Assembly: GCA_039588295.1 (NCBI GenBank) | Contig: JBDHAB010000005.1 | Span: 32,001-96,000 of the forward strand | Reading direction: 5' to 3' | Length of the DNA: 64,000 nucleotides | Source: Gemmatimonadota bacterium | GTDB lineage: Bacteria; Gemmatimonadota; Gemmatimonadetes; Gemmatimonadales; GWC2-71-9 | Shown: positions 1 to 10,585 of the stretch, piece after piece | Layout of the letters: every line of letters starts with the position of its first letter | How positions within the stretch are numbered: position 1 is the stretch's first letter | The notes under the pieces: model-generated | Told to the model about the DNA's origin: nothing | Database searches by the model: none | Seen by the model: only the letters and a program-made list of their open reading frames with translations | Position numbers and translations under genes: made by a program

Positions 1-308
1 TCGAGGAGATTTAATAGGCCAAGCTGGTTGGTCCGTGCGTCAAACGTCGGATCCGCCACCGACGCGCGGACGTCCATCTGCGCCGCGTGATGATTGAGCA
101 CCGAGAAGCCACCGTCGGCCAGCAGCTTCCTCGCCGCCTCGGAACCTACATCGGCCTGCACGAACTCGGCAGCTTCGGGGACGTTCTCGAGCCGTCCAGA
201 GGAAAGGTCGTCGAGCACGGTGACCCGAAACCCCTCGGCTAGGTACCGATCCGCCACGTGCGAGCCAATGAAGCCCGCACCACCCGTAACCAGGACTCGC
301 TCAGTCAT
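1..308 (-). CDS. NAD-dependent epimerase/dehydratase (UDP-glucose 4-epimerase-like), 5' part only
   Basis: Manual translation from ATG at 308: MTERVLVTGGAGFIGSHVADRYLAEGFRVTVLDDLSSGR (extended SDR GxxGxxG); runs off the window edge. Confidence 0.85.
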   Translation of the reverse strand, partial: MTERVLVTGGAGFIGSHVADRYLAEGFRVTVLDDLSSGRLENVPEAAEFVQADVGSEAARKLLADGGFSVLNHHAAQMDVRASVADPTFDARTNQLGLLNLL

Positions 309-420
309 GTCGTGTCAGAGTCTCCCGTCACATCCTCATCTCGCCGCCGCTGCGCGGACACGGGGTTTCGTGAGAAGAATCTAGCCAGGACCTCGGGATT
401 CGCGCCCGGACCATCGAAAC

Positions 421-468
421 GGGCAGACAGCGGAACGGCCGCGAATGCGGCCGTCACGCTGTCTGCTC
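421..468. terminator. Long intergenic hairpin downstream of the LysM gene (terminator or mRNA-stabilising stem)
   Basis: GCAGACAGCG-GA-ACGGCCGC-GAAT-GCGGCCGT-CA-CGCTGTCTGC; only a short U-tract on the minus strand. Confidence 0.5.
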
Positions 469-511
469 TTGGATTGGCCGTCAGGAACCCGGCGGCCCTG
501 AACGGGCCCGG

Positions 512-1678
512 TCACGACGGCATTTTGCGGATCAACTGGACCGGCGCACCCGCCTCGATGCCAAGGTCCATGATATTCACGATGAAACCAGTGCTGGACT
601 GATCCCGCACGTGGACGATGCGGAGGTATGCCACAGGCTTGGGTGACGCACCTGCCTCAACACTCGGCTTCAGGACCACGAACACATCGCCGGTCGTGAC
701 GCCCGCCGCGCGCCCGAGATCGAGGAACACGAGCTGCTGCTGATTCGCCAGCACGTTGCGCTGCCGCAGGTCGATGATCGCACCCATCATGCCGTTCTCG
801 ACGGGCACCGGCATCACGTCTCCCGGATCGGGGAAGGCCTCGATCGGAAGAACCACTTGCCCGTCCGTGACCTGCCCGAACTGGGCAATCACTTCGGCAA
901 CCGCACCGGTAGAGGTGATCTCGGTGACTCGGGCAATTCCGCTCGGCACCACCACCTCGCCCCAGCCAGCCAGGCGCCGCGGGAGAGCTGCGATCAGCAG
1001 CGAGTCACCCAGTTGGTACGTCGCGCCTTCAGGTGGGTAGATCGCGATCCGATCGAACATCTGCGCGAACGAACTCGCCTCGATGTTGCGCAACACCTGC
1101 TGGCCCACTCTGCCGATGACGCTTCCGAAGGGCAGCGCCTGGTCTTCGGTAAGGAAACCGGAGGAGTGGAACTCGTAGCGTCGGACCGCCCGCCGGCGGT
1201 ACGCCTCCACCCCGATGACCTCGGCGGCCATGGGTCCGCGCCGCCGGGCAAAGATCGTCGGCGCATCAGATGACGGCGGCGGCGGTGGTGCGACCGGAGG
1301 CGGCAGTGCTTCCACCCCTGGCACCTGCTCGGGCGGCCGCTCGCCGCGGAGCGCTTCAGGGACCTGCTCGACACCCGGCTCAGCCCCGATGGGCTGCCCG
1401 GGCTCCATCCCGGCTGCCATCAACGCGTCGAGCCGCAGCTCCTCACCGGGGAAGATCCAGTGCGGATCCTCGACGATGGTCGTGTTGATCCGATAGATCT
1501 CCGGCCAGAGAAACGGATCGCCAAAGTACCGAGATGCCAGATCCCAGAGCGTCTCGCCCTCGACCACGACGTGGACCGATGGCCGCTCCTGCGCGGGGAC
1601 CTCCTGCGCCCACGCCGCACCCGCAAGGACGGATGCTGCCACGCAGTACCCCGCGATCTGGCTAGAACGGAAGATCAT
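512..1678 (-). CDS. Secreted LysM peptidoglycan-binding protein
   Basis: Signal peptide ending AWA-Q; LysM HVVVEGETLWDLASRYFGDPFLWPEIYRIN...PHWIFPGE; start uncertain (1693/1678/1642). Confidence 0.85.
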   Translation of the reverse strand: MIFRSSQIAGYCVAASVLAGAAWAQEVPAQERPSVHVVVEGETLWDLASRYFGDPFLWPEIYRINTTIVEDPHWIFPGEELRLDALMAAGMEPGQPIGAEPGVEQVPEALRGERPPEQVPGVEALPPPVAPPPPPSSDAPTIFARRRGPMAAEVIGVEAYRRRAVRRYEFHSSGFLTEDQALPFGSVIGRVGQQVLRNIEASSFAQMFDRIAIYPPEGATYQLGDSLLIAALPRRLAGWGEVVVPSGIARVTEITSTGAVAEVIAQFGQVTDGQVVLPIEAFPDPGDVMPVPVENGMMGAIIDLRQRNVLANQQQLVFLDLGRAAGVTTGDVFVVLKPSVEAGASPKPVAYLRIVHVRDQSSTGFIVNIMDLGIEAGAPVQLIRKMPS

Positions 1679-2135
1679 CCTCTTCCTCATCAAGCGCCTC
1701 CGGGAAGTCGTTATAGGACTCTGACGCCCCCTCAGCAGCGGCCGGCTGTGCGGCTCGATGCCGAGCGACGTCAGCGTCTTCCCCCCCTCCTCGCGGCGTC
1801 AACATCAAGAGCTCTCGAGCATTGATTTCCGTCGTATACCTGGTCTTGCCGTCCCGGTCTTCCCATGTCCGATACTCGATTCGACCCTCGATGTACACGC
1901 GGTCGCCCTTCTTGACGTACTTCTCCACCACGTCCGCGAGCTGCCGGGCGCGGCTGTTCCAGACCACCACCCGGTGCCACTCCGTCTTCTCCTGGCGCTC
2001 TCCGGCCTGGTTGGTCCAAGAGCGGCTGGTGGCAACCGACAGTGTTGCAACCCGAGCCCCATTGGCTGTGCTGCGGACCTCAGGATCGGCCCCGAGGTTA
2101 CCGATCAGCATCACCTTGTTCAGACTACGACTCAC
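1662..2135 (-). CDS. ssb: Single-stranded DNA-binding protein
   Basis: SLNKVMLIGNLGADPE...TEWHRVV...KG..VYIEG; acidic C-terminus DDLPF; GGAGG RBS before GTG. Confidence 0.97.
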   Translation of the reverse strand: MSRSLNKVMLIGNLGADPEVRSTANGARVATLSVATSRSWTNQAGERQEKTEWHRVVVWNSRARQLADVVEKYVKKGDRVYIEGRIEYRTWEDRDGKTRYTTEINARELLMLTPRGGGEDADVARHRAAQPAAAEGASESYNDFPEALDEEEDDLPF

Positions 2136-2179
2136 GCCAACCTCCAAAACGCTGGGGGGTGGGACCCGGACCGGCCCAT

Positions 2180-2208
2180 ACTATAGGTGCCGCAAGTCCT
2201 TTTGTCAA
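2180..2208 (-). promoter_or_regulatory. Sigma70-type promoter for ssb
   Basis: TTGACA-17 nt-TATAGT on the minus strand. Confidence 0.75.
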
Positions 2209-2271
2209 CCAAACATACGCCACTCGGACCAGGTTTTTGCATGCCTAAAAATCCCCGTCTCTGGCCGGCCG

Positions 2272-3888
2272 TTACCGACCGTCCAGAACCGAGAGTACCT
2301 CCCCGGCTTTCTGGCCAGCGCGCTGGGCGAGTGACTCCGCCTCCTTTCGCATGGCTTCGGTGTATCCTCGGTCCTCCACCTCATCGAGGTTGGTGAGCAC
2401 ATTTCGGTACGCGCCCCAAATGCCGCCCTCGAGCGCCCTGGCTCCCACCTCAAGATCGGAGCGCATCGCGACGCTGCCGTGGTGGGCAACCTCCACCATC
2501 GCGTCCCAACACCGGTCCGCGACTCGCATGGTCGCCAGCGGAATTTCGATCGCCTGTTTCAGACCGGTCTGCAAGGCAGCCTGCCGATCCCGCTTCTCCT
2601 CGTCGGTGTCGTGCGGCATACCCATCGCCTTCATGTAACCGCTGAACGCGTTGGTGTCGGCATCAATCATGGGAACGAGGTCCTGCATGGCGCGGTACAG
2701 CGGCGGGATGTTCTTTCGCATGACGCCATCCTGCGCCTCGAACTTCCGCCGACCAAAGGTCATCCGACCAACCATGGCACCCAGTGCCGCACCCATGGCG
2801 GCGATCAACGCGGACGCTGAGCCACCCCCAGGAGCCGAGCTTCTGGCACCCAGTTGCGCCACAAACGCGCGAACCGTCGAGTCGGCCAGCGGTTCATTCC
2901 CCCGATCGGCAACCAGGTACTCGATGATGCGTTGCCTGGGTTCGAACGGTGACAGCGAACCGAGCCCCAAGCGCTCGACCGCGAGGCGAATCTTCTGTTC
3001 CTCCTCGAGAATGAACAGCTGCTCCCTGTCGATGTAGAACTCTGCCGCCATCAGCATCGCTGCGAGTGGCACCAGACCCACGAGCTCCGACCCGGCCACC
3101 CCAACATGCAGGGCCTTTGCCCGCGTGACGCACGCCTCGAACGCCACGTGCGGGGGCGTAATACGGTAGTCGTCCAGGTTCATCGAGACCTGCGCAAGTT
3201 CGTACTCGTCGACGTACCAGCCGATCCCCTTGACCGCCCGGAGCATTCCCGGTTGATCGGGGCCGCGCCCCTGCTCGCGGACGTCCAGCGCGATCCGATG
3301 CGCCTGCTCCTTGGTGCCCAATACATTCACGTTGTAGGCAATCAGGAAGAACCGCGCGCCCGCCGCCGTGGCACCCCAGCGGGGCACAAACTCGGCTGGA
3401 CCGTAATCGGGTGTCCACTCGGGCTGCGTGATCTTCTCCGCCAAACCTTCGTACTCCCCGGCTCGAATGTCCTTCAGACTCTTGCGGTAGTCCCGGTCCG
3501 AGGCCGCCTCGTACAAGTAGACCGGGACGCCTAGCTCCGTCCCTGCCCTCCGACCGAACTCGCGGGCGCACGCAACGCACTCGTCCATCGACACGTTGGC
3601 GACGGGCACGAAGGGGCACACATCCATGGCGCCCATGCGTGGATGCTCGCCCCGGTGCTGGCGCATGTCGATCCGTTCCTTCGCCACCCGACCGGCCGCG
3701 AGCGCGCCTTCCACCGCCGCCTCGGGGGCACCGACGAACGTGTACACGGTCCGGTTGGTGGACCGACCGGGATCGACATCGAGCAACGAGCACCCAGGCG
3801 TCTCTCGAATCGCGTCCGCGATCGCGTCGATGACGTCCTGTTTTCGACCCTCCGAGAAGTTCGGCACGCACTCGACAATCTTCTGCAT
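2272..3888 (-). CDS. ftcD: Bifunctional glutamate formiminotransferase / formiminotetrahydrofolate cyclodeaminase
   Basis: IVECVPNFSEGR, HPRMGAMDVCPF; C-terminal SAPGGGSASAL cyclodeaminase domain. Confidence 0.93.
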   Translation of the reverse strand: MQKIVECVPNFSEGRKQDVIDAIADAIRETPGCSLLDVDPGRSTNRTVYTFVGAPEAAVEGALAAGRVAKERIDMRQHRGEHPRMGAMDVCPFVPVANVSMDECVACAREFGRRAGTELGVPVYLYEAASDRDYRKSLKDIRAGEYEGLAEKITQPEWTPDYGPAEFVPRWGATAAGARFFLIAYNVNVLGTKEQAHRIALDVREQGRGPDQPGMLRAVKGIGWYVDEYELAQVSMNLDDYRITPPHVAFEACVTRAKALHVGVAGSELVGLVPLAAMLMAAEFYIDREQLFILEEEQKIRLAVERLGLGSLSPFEPRQRIIEYLVADRGNEPLADSTVRAFVAQLGARSSAPGGGSASALIAAMGAALGAMVGRMTFGRRKFEAQDGVMRKNIPPLYRAMQDLVPMIDADTNAFSGYMKAMGMPHDTDEEKRDRQAALQTGLKQAIEIPLATMRVADRCWDAMVEVAHHGSVAMRSDLEVGARALEGGIWGAYRNVLTNLDEVEDRGYTEAMRKEAESLAQRAGQKAGEVLSVLDGR

Positions 3889-4031
3889 GACACCTCTCAC
3901 CGCTGCACAGCCGCCCAGGACGACCGATCTTAATACGGTATTGGGAGACGGGGTGAAGTGAACTTCGTCACGAAACCGCTGTCAACCGAGCGCACGGGTC
4001 TGGATTCAGTGCCCGAACGGAGGGGTGGTCC

Positions 4032-4466
4032 TCAGCGCCGGGCGAAAACCAACGCGTCTTCTCGGGGATTGCGATAGTACCCCTGCCGGCGCCCCACCTC
4101 ATCAAAGCCATTCTTGCGATAGAGTGCCTGCGCGCCCTCATTGGACGCTCGGACCTCCAGGAACAGGGTCTGGACCCCACAGCCCCTGAGTCGCACGCAG
4201 CCCTCGGCGAGCAGCGCTTCTGCAATCCCCTGGCGGCGGTGATCCGGGTCCACGGCGAGGTTCAGGATCTCGCCCAAGTCGGCAGCCGCACGCGCAAAGA
4301 AATAGCCAATCACCTGCCCCGACGATTCGGCAACGATCGCGAGGTCCGAGAGGATGTGGCGGAAGCTCTCGGGCGACCACGGATCGGAGAATATCCGCCG
4401 CTCGAGCGCCGCGACCGCCGGGACGTCAGCCTCCCGAGCGGTTCGAATCCGGCAGGGAACGGCCAT
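4032..4466 (-). CDS. rimI: Ribosomal protein S18-alanine N-acetyltransferase (GNAT)
   Basis: EILNLAVDP.HRRQGIA, LEVRASN..A..LY...GF..VGRRQGYY..P.EDA; follows tsaB. Confidence 0.9.
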   Translation of the reverse strand: MAVPCRIRTAREADVPAVAALERRIFSDPWSPESFRHILSDLAIVAESSGQVIGYFFARAAADLGEILNLAVDPDHRRQGIAEALLAEGCVRLRGCGVQTLFLEVRASNEGAQALYRKNGFDEVGRRQGYYRNPREDALVFARR

Positions 4467-5154
4467 GAGTCGTTTCCCAACGGTCCTCGGCCGCGGCGCG
4501 TCGGCCATAGGTCGGCTCGAACGCCTCCGCGTCCTCGACAACGCGCGTCGTGCCGGGGAGTCCAAGTAGCTCAAGCAGAGCCCGTGCGCGCGGGGCTCCT
4601 TCCGGCGGCCCAACCGGCTTCCGGCCAATCCACCGATGCACCTCGGCTGCGAAGGCGACCGCCCCGTCACCGACGGCACCGGCTGGCGTGACCGCGGTCT
4701 GCTGGATCAAATCGGTGATGGCGCCACAGCCCGGGGGCACAAGCGCGCGCATCGTGCCCTCGTCGGCGTGGTACACGGCGCCAAAGACCTCACCGCGGTA
4801 CGCATCGTACAGCGCAGCCACCGGTCCGTCGAAGAACTGCTGCCCGATCCACGCCGCGGCCATCAGCGACGGGGCCACACGCAGCACCAATTCCTCGCGA
4901 CCGGCGAGGATTCCTTTGGCGGTCGCCAGACCAATTCGCAGCCCGGTGAAGCTGCCCGGGCCGTCTCCGAGTACGACGCCGGCCAGGTCCGTGAAGTCAG
5001 CGTGGGCGAGGCGCAGCGCCTCCATCACGGCCGGCACGAGATCCGCAGCGTGGCGCCGGTCCGTGAAACCGACTTCGCTCCGCACCCGTCCGGGTGCCCC
5101 GACGGCGACGCTCCCGGCATCGGTCGCCGTCTCGATGGCGAGGTACAGGCTCAC
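4426..5154 (-). CDS. tsaB: tRNA threonylcarbamoyladenosine biosynthesis protein TsaB
   Basis: LAIETAT, GDGPGSFTGLRIG, DAYRGEV; GTGA overlap with tsaE. Confidence 0.92.
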   Translation of the reverse strand: MSLYLAIETATDAGSVAVGAPGRVRSEVGFTDRRHAADLVPAVMEALRLAHADFTDLAGVVLGDGPGSFTGLRIGLATAKGILAGREELVLRVAPSLMAAAWIGQQFFDGPVAALYDAYRGEVFGAVYHADEGTMRALVPPGCGAITDLIQQTAVTPAGAVGDGAVAFAAEVHRWIGRKPVGPPEGAPRARALLELLGLPGTTRVVEDAEAFEPTYGRRAAAEDRWETTHGRSLPDSNRSGG

Positions 5155-5573
5155 CGGACCCGCTCCAGCCACCGTGTGGCCGAGTCGTCCGCATGCGCCA
5201 GCGCCACGTGCGCATCCGGCGGCGGCGCGAAGCGGCCCGCACGTTCCGGCCACTCGATGAGTAACAGGCGCGCATGACGCTGGAGGTTCGGGAAGTCGAG
5301 GTCCACTGCTTCCTCCGGCTCGCGCAACCGGTAACAGTCCGCGTGAACCAGCGTGCCGTGAGGTGATGCATACTCGTGGACGAGCGCGAATGACGGACTC
5401 CGCGCGCGGTCCGCTTGCGCCGCCGCCGCGACGGCTTGGACGAAGGTGGTCTTCCCCGAACCCAGTTCCCCAGTCAACCAGATGACCGATCCAGGGGCGA
5501 GTTCATGCCACAACTGAGCCGCCTGCGCTCGCAGGCCGGCCAGCGAGACCGGCTCACGCACGGCGCTGTGCAC
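5151..5573 (-). CDS. tsaE: tRNA threonylcarbamoyladenosine biosynthesis ATPase TsaE
   Basis: [33 protein letters not shown]; start approximate. Confidence 0.92.
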   Translation of the reverse strand: MHSAVREPVSLAGLRAQAAQLWHELAPGSVIWLTGELGSGKTTFVQAVAAAAQADRARSPSFALVHEYASPHGTLVHADCYRLREPEEAVDLDFPNLQRHARLLLIEWPERAGRFAPPPDAHVALAHADDSATRWLERVR

Positions 5574-7608
5574 GTCTCGCTCCCGACCGAACCCCGGTCC
5601 TCCCGGTCTGCGGCGCACGGCGCTGCGGATCACCCTCGGCTCGCAGTTCGAAGAGCTGGTCCCGCAACTGCGCAGCAAGCTCATAGTCGAGCTCCGCGGC
5701 CGCCTCGCGCATCTGCTGCTCGAGCACCTCGATGAGCCCTTCGCGATCGAGCCCCGATGCGGGATGGGTCGGGTCTGCCGCCGCCGGCTGCTCCGCCCGG
5801 GCATCGGCAACCCGCGTCACGAGCCGGACATGATCCACGGACTTGCGGATCGACACGGGAATGATCCCGTGAGCACGATTGTGGTCTTCCTGTAACCCGC
5901 GGCGGCGGCTCATCTCGGCAATGGCCCGTTCCATCGACCCCGTGACCCTGTCGGCATAGAGCACCGCCCGCCCGCGCTCGTTCCGCGCCGCCCGTCCAAC
6001 CGTCTGGATCAGCGATCGCTCGGACCGCAGGAACCCCTCCTGATCCGCGTCCAAGATGGCCACCAACGCCACCTCCGGAAGGTCCAGGCCCTCTCTAAGC
6101 AGGTTGATGCCGATGAGGACGTCGAAGTCGCCGAGCCGCAGGCCCCGCACGATCTCCATGCGCTCGATCGCGTCCACATCCGAGTGCATGTACCGAACCC
6201 GGACGCCCATCTGCTGAAGGTAGTCGGTGAGATCCTCGGCCATGCGCTTCGTCAACGTGGTGACCAACACCCGTTCGCCGGCAGCCTCGCTCCTGCGAAT
6301 CTCGGCCAGCAGATCGTCCACTTGGCCCCGAACCGGTCGCAGTTCCACCACGGGATCGACCAGCCCCGTGGGTCGGATGATCTGCTCCACAACCACCCCT
6401 TCGCTGAGCTCGAGCTCGAAATCACCGGGGGTAGCCGATGCGAACATCAGGCGCGGTGTGAGTCGCATGAACTCGTCGAAGTTGAGCGGACGATTATCCA
6501 ACGCCGACGGTAGCCGGAACCCGTGCTCGACTAGCGTGAGCTTGCGCGACCGATCGCCATGGTACATGCCACCGATCTGCGGAAGCGTCACGTGTGACTC
6601 ATCGATGATCGTGAGGTAATCGTCCGGAAAGTAGTCCAGCAGGCACGCCGACCGCTCTCCCGCACTGCGGCCGGTCAAGTGGCGGCTGTAGTTTTCGACG
6701 CCGGCACACCTTCCGATCTCCAACAACATGTCGACGTCGAACATCGTGCGCGACTCGAGCCGCTGTGCCTCGAGCAGTTTTCCCTGCGAGCGGAACTCCG
6801 TGAGGCGCTCCTTCAGCTCCTCACGAATGGCGCGCGCGGCGCGCTCCACCGTGGGCCGTCGTGTGACGAAGTGGGTCGCCGGATAGATGGCACAGCGGGG
6901 CAGCTCGGCGATCTGATTGCCGGTCAGTGGATCGATCTTCGAGATGCGCTCGACCTCGTCTCCCCAAAACTCAATGCGAACCGCCTGCTCCTCGTATGCC
7001 GGGAGAACCTCCACCGTGTCCCCGCGAACGCGGAACGTCCCGCGTTCGAGGACCACGTCGTTGCGGTGGTAGTTGATCCCCACGAGCGCCTCGAGCACCG
7101 CATCGCGCGGCCGCTCTTCGCCGGCGTCCACCGTGACCATGAGGGCTCGGTACTCGACCGGGTCGCCCAGGCCGTAGATCGCACTCACCGTCGCAACGAT
7201 GATGACGTCGTCGCGCTCGACCAGACTCGACGTAGCCCGGAGTCGCAGCGCGTCGATATCTTCGTTGATCGACGCATCCTTCTCGATGTACGTGTCCGTC
7301 GCCGGCACGTACGCCTCGGGTTGATAGTAGTCGTAGTAGGAGATGAAGTATTCGACGGCGTTTCCGGGAAAGAACGTCTTGAGCTCTCCGTAGAGCTGGG
7401 CCGCGAGCGTCTTGTTATGTGAGAGAACCAGCGTGGGCCGACGGCCCGCCGCGATCACGTGCGCCATCGTCACGGTCTTGCCCGATCCCGTGACCCCTAG
7501 CAGCGTCTGATATCGATCGCCGCGCTCGAAGCCTGCTACGAGCTCTGCGACCGCTCTGGGCTGATCCCCGGCAAGCGAGAATGGCAGCGTGAGATCGAAC
7601 TCAGGCAT
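5554..7608 (-). CDS. uvrB: Excinuclease ABC subunit B
   Basis: [32 protein letters not shown]-terminus. Confidence 0.98.
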   Translation of the reverse strand: MPEFDLTLPFSLAGDQPRAVAELVAGFERGDRYQTLLGVTGSGKTVTMAHVIAAGRRPTLVLSHNKTLAAQLYGELKTFFPGNAVEYFISYYDYYQPEAYVPATDTYIEKDASINEDIDALRLRATSSLVERDDVIIVATVSAIYGLGDPVEYRALMVTVDAGEERPRDAVLEALVGINYHRNDVVLERGTFRVRGDTVEVLPAYEEQAVRIEFWGDEVERISKIDPLTGNQIAELPRCAIYPATHFVTRRPTVERAARAIREELKERLTEFRSQGKLLEAQRLESRTMFDVDMLLEIGRCAGVENYSRHLTGRSAGERSACLLDYFPDDYLTIIDESHVTLPQIGGMYHGDRSRKLTLVEHGFRLPSALDNRPLNFDEFMRLTPRLMFASATPGDFELELSEGVVVEQIIRPTGLVDPVVELRPVRGQVDDLLAEIRRSEAAGERVLVTTLTKRMAEDLTDYLQQMGVRVRYMHSDVDAIERMEIVRGLRLGDFDVLIGINLLREGLDLPEVALVAILDADQEGFLRSERSLIQTVGRAARNERGRAVLYADRVTGSMERAIAEMSRRRGLQEDHNRAHGIIPVSIRKSVDHVRLVTRVADARAEQPAAADPTHPASGLDREGLIEVLEQQMREAAAELDYELAAQLRDQLFELRAEGDPQRRAPQTGRTGVRSGARRAQRRA

Positions 7609-7658
7609 CCACCGCTACGGGCATCCAACTTCGGAACTCGGGTTGCTGATCCCCCATA

Positions 7659-9821
7659 TCAGCTTCGCGTCGGCTCACGCCGCTCCACTCCCGAGACTCC
7701 TTTGACCCGGCGCATCGCCCGCATCGCTTTCGCCAAATGGGCGTGATTCTCGACTTCGACCAACACCGAACCGAACATCGCGCCGTCCTTGCTCGAGAGC
7801 TCAGCACTGCGGATGTTCGTGCCCGTGCCGGAGACCGCCTCCATCAGGTCAGCGTACAGCCCACGCCGATCTTCGCCGCTGACGCCGAGACTCACCACGA
7901 ACACCTCACCTTCGACGGTCTGCCAGTCGATCTCGACCCGCCGCTCGGGGTCCGTGGACATCGTGAGCAAGTTGGGGCAGTCCGCTCGATGAATGGAGAT
8001 GCCTCGGCCCTTCGTCACGAACCCCACCACGGGATCGCCAGGCACCGGCTGACAGCACTGGGCGTAACGAACCATGAGCCCATCCACCCCATGGACTCGG
8101 ACCCCGCGTCCCATCCGGATGCGATCGATGACGCGTCCAAAGCGGGTCGGCTTGGGCGCCTGGAGCTCCCCAGGGGAGCGGCTCGGGAACAGGGCCTTGA
8201 TCACCTGCCCAATCGGCGTATCCCCGCGTCCGACCACGGAGTACAGGGTCTCGGCGCTACCCAACGACAGCCGTTCGGCCGCGGCCCGCAGGACGTCGTC
8301 GCCCGGCATTTCCAGTCGGCGGCGGCGCAGCTCACGCTCGAGGATCTCCCTGCCGACTGCTGCGCTCCGCTCTCCCGCTTCCTTGTTGATCCACTGGCGG
8401 ATCTTGTGGCGCGCACGCGCGGTGTGGACGTGATTGATCCAATCCTTGCTAGGCCGCGCAAACGGACCGGTGAGAATCTCCACCGTGTCACCGTTCCGAA
8501 GCGGGCGGTGCAGCGGGGCGATGCGCCCATTCACCTTGGCTCCCTGGCAGCGCAGCCCAACCTCGGTGTGCACCGCGAACGCGAAGTCGATCGGCGTCGC
8601 CCCCGCGGGAAGCCGTTTGACGTCGCCACCCGGCGTGAACACGAAGATCTCATCCTGGAACAGGTCGATCTTGAGGAACTCGATGAACTCCTCGGGGTTA
8701 TGCGCATCCTGCTGCAACTCGAGCAGCTGGCGAAACCACTCGAACCGGGTGTCGAGCTCGTCTCGGGAGCGTTGCTCTTTGTACGCCCAGTGCGCCGCGA
8801 TCCCGTACTCGGCGGTCCGGTGCATGTCGCGGGTGCGGATCTGGATTTCGTACGGCTGCCCACCGGGCCCGAAGATCGTCGTGTGAAGCGACTGGTAGCC
8901 GTTGGACTTGGGCGAGGCGATGTAGTCCTTGATCCGTTCCTGCAGGGGCGTCCAATGATGGTGGATGACACCGAGCGCATGGTAGCAGTCCGGCACCGAG
9001 CGTACGAGCACCCGGATCGCCATGAGATCGTAGATCTCTTCAAACGGACGATTGCGGAGCCGCATCTTGCGGTAGATCGACCACAGGTGCTTCGAGCGTC
9101 CGGTCACCTCGAACTCATCGATGCTGGCGGCTCGCAGCGCGCCGTCGAGCGGTACCCGAAGCCGGTCGATCATCTCTTCCCGCTCGCTCCGTTTGGCCTG
9201 CACCTGGGTTTCGAGGGACTCGTAGTCCTCCGGCTCAAGGAACTTGAAGGCGAGGTCCTCGAGTTCCGTCTTGATCCCCGCCATGCCGAACCGGTGTGCC
9301 AGCGGCGCGTAGATCTCCCGCGTTTCGAGCGAGATACCGTGCCGCCGCTGCTCGGGGAGATGCTCCAGCGTACGCATGTTGTGGAGGCGGTCGGCGAGCT
9401 TGACCATGATCACGCGAGCATCCCGCGCGATGGAGAGCAGCAGCTTGCGGTAGTTCTCGGATTGCTCCTCGGCAGCGGAGCGGAAGGTCAACGTGGAGAT
9501 CTTGGTGAGACCGTCGACGATGTCGCCGACCTCATCACCAAACTCCGAACGGATTTCACCGAGGGATACGTCGGAGTCCTCGGCAACGTCGTGTAGGAGC
9601 GCAGCGGCAACACTCACGGAATCGAGCTGCTGCCCGACGAGAATTTTCGCCACCTCCACCGAATGGGAGATGAAGTCGTCCCCAGACAGCCGCTTTTGGC
9701 CACGGTGCGCCGTGGAGCTGACCTGAAACGCCCGCGTGATGAGATCCAAGTCGAGGCGATCCTCACGGTCGGCCAGCGCCCGAGCAAACTCGGCGTCGAC
9801 AATCTGGAGCACACTGGTCAC
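7659..9821 (-). CDS. relA: Bifunctional (p)ppGpp synthetase/hydrolase RelA/SpoT
   Basis: HD domain (LLHDVAED), KDYIASPKSNGYQSLHT, TGS and ACT domains. Confidence 0.95.
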   Translation of the reverse strand: MTSVLQIVDAEFARALADREDRLDLDLITRAFQVSSTAHRGQKRLSGDDFISHSVEVAKILVGQQLDSVSVAAALLHDVAEDSDVSLGEIRSEFGDEVGDIVDGLTKISTLTFRSAAEEQSENYRKLLLSIARDARVIMVKLADRLHNMRTLEHLPEQRRHGISLETREIYAPLAHRFGMAGIKTELEDLAFKFLEPEDYESLETQVQAKRSEREEMIDRLRVPLDGALRAASIDEFEVTGRSKHLWSIYRKMRLRNRPFEEIYDLMAIRVLVRSVPDCYHALGVIHHHWTPLQERIKDYIASPKSNGYQSLHTTIFGPGGQPYEIQIRTRDMHRTAEYGIAAHWAYKEQRSRDELDTRFEWFRQLLELQQDAHNPEEFIEFLKIDLFQDEIFVFTPGGDVKRLPAGATPIDFAFAVHTEVGLRCQGAKVNGRIAPLHRPLRNGDTVEILTGPFARPSKDWINHVHTARARHKIRQWINKEAGERSAAVGREILERELRRRRLEMPGDDVLRAAAERLSLGSAETLYSVVGRGDTPIGQVIKALFPSRSPGELQAPKPTRFGRVIDRIRMGRGVRVHGVDGLMVRYAQCCQPVPGDPVVGFVTKGRGISIHRADCPNLLTMSTDPERRVEIDWQTVEGEVFVVSLGVSGEDRRGLYADLMEAVSGTGTNIRSAELSSKDGAMFGSVLVEVENHAHLAKAMRAMRRVKGVSGVERREPTRS

Positions 9822-10504
9822 AGCAGTCCAGCCTCCGCAAAACTGAAGTACTGATCCCCGGCTACGATCACGTGATCATACACCGGAATGTCGAGCAGGC
9901 CTCCGCCCTCCACCAGCTGCCGGGTCACGGCCCGGTCATCCGCCGAGGGCGTCGGATTGCCACTCGGATGATTGTGCACCACGATGACGGCTGCCGCCGC
10001 CTCCGCAATCGCCGCACGAAATACCTCGCGCGGATGTACCAGCGAGCTGTTGAGGATGCCGCGAGTGATGAGGAGATCCCGAGTGACTCGGTTCTGCGTG
10101 TCCAGCGTGAGCACGTGGAACTCCTCGACCGTCAGATCGCGGAGCCCGGGACCACACCACCGATGGATGTCCGCCGGCGAGCGTACCTCAAACCCTGACG
10201 CCACCCCCTCCCCCGCGAGTCGCCGGCCCAACTCAAGCGCCGCAGCCACCCGCGCCGCCTTCGCTCGGCCCATGCCCGCCACCTGCACGAACTCCCCCAC
10301 GGGACGCCGCGCGAGCTCCCGAATGGACCCTCGTCCGAGTCTGAGAACGCCTCGCGCAACTTCCAATGCATCCCCGCTCGACGTCCCCGCACCTATCAGA
10401 ATGGCGAGAAGCTCGGTCAGCGTCAACGACGCCGACCCCAACGAGAACAGCCGCTCCCGCGGCCGATCGGTGGAGCAGACCTCCGCCAGGCGGCTGGATG
10501 CCAT
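9818..10504 (-). CDS. radC: RadC family JAB-domain protein
   Basis: RPRERL, VHPREVF, HNHPSGNPTPSADD, DHVIV; start approximate. Confidence 0.92.
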   Translation of the reverse strand: MASSRLAEVCSTDRPRERLFSLGSASLTLTELLAILIGAGTSSGDALEVARGVLRLGRGSIRELARRPVGEFVQVAGMGRAKAARVAAALELGRRLAGEGVASGFEVRSPADIHRWCGPGLRDLTVEEFHVLTLDTQNRVTRDLLITRGILNSSLVHPREVFRAAIAEAAAAVIVVHNHPSGNPTPSADDRAVTRQLVEGGGLLDIPVYDHVIVAGDQYFSFAEAGLL

Positions 10505-10585
10505 GGGACCGAGCATACTGAGCTTCCCGCTCACGGCGGTGCCCAAACTACGCAGGAGGAGCGAAATCGGTGAGTCGGGGAGCCC

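Noticed and set aside
9818..10504. radC as a mobile-element or anti-defence marker
   Set aside because: Full-length chromosomal type between secA and relA; no mobile context
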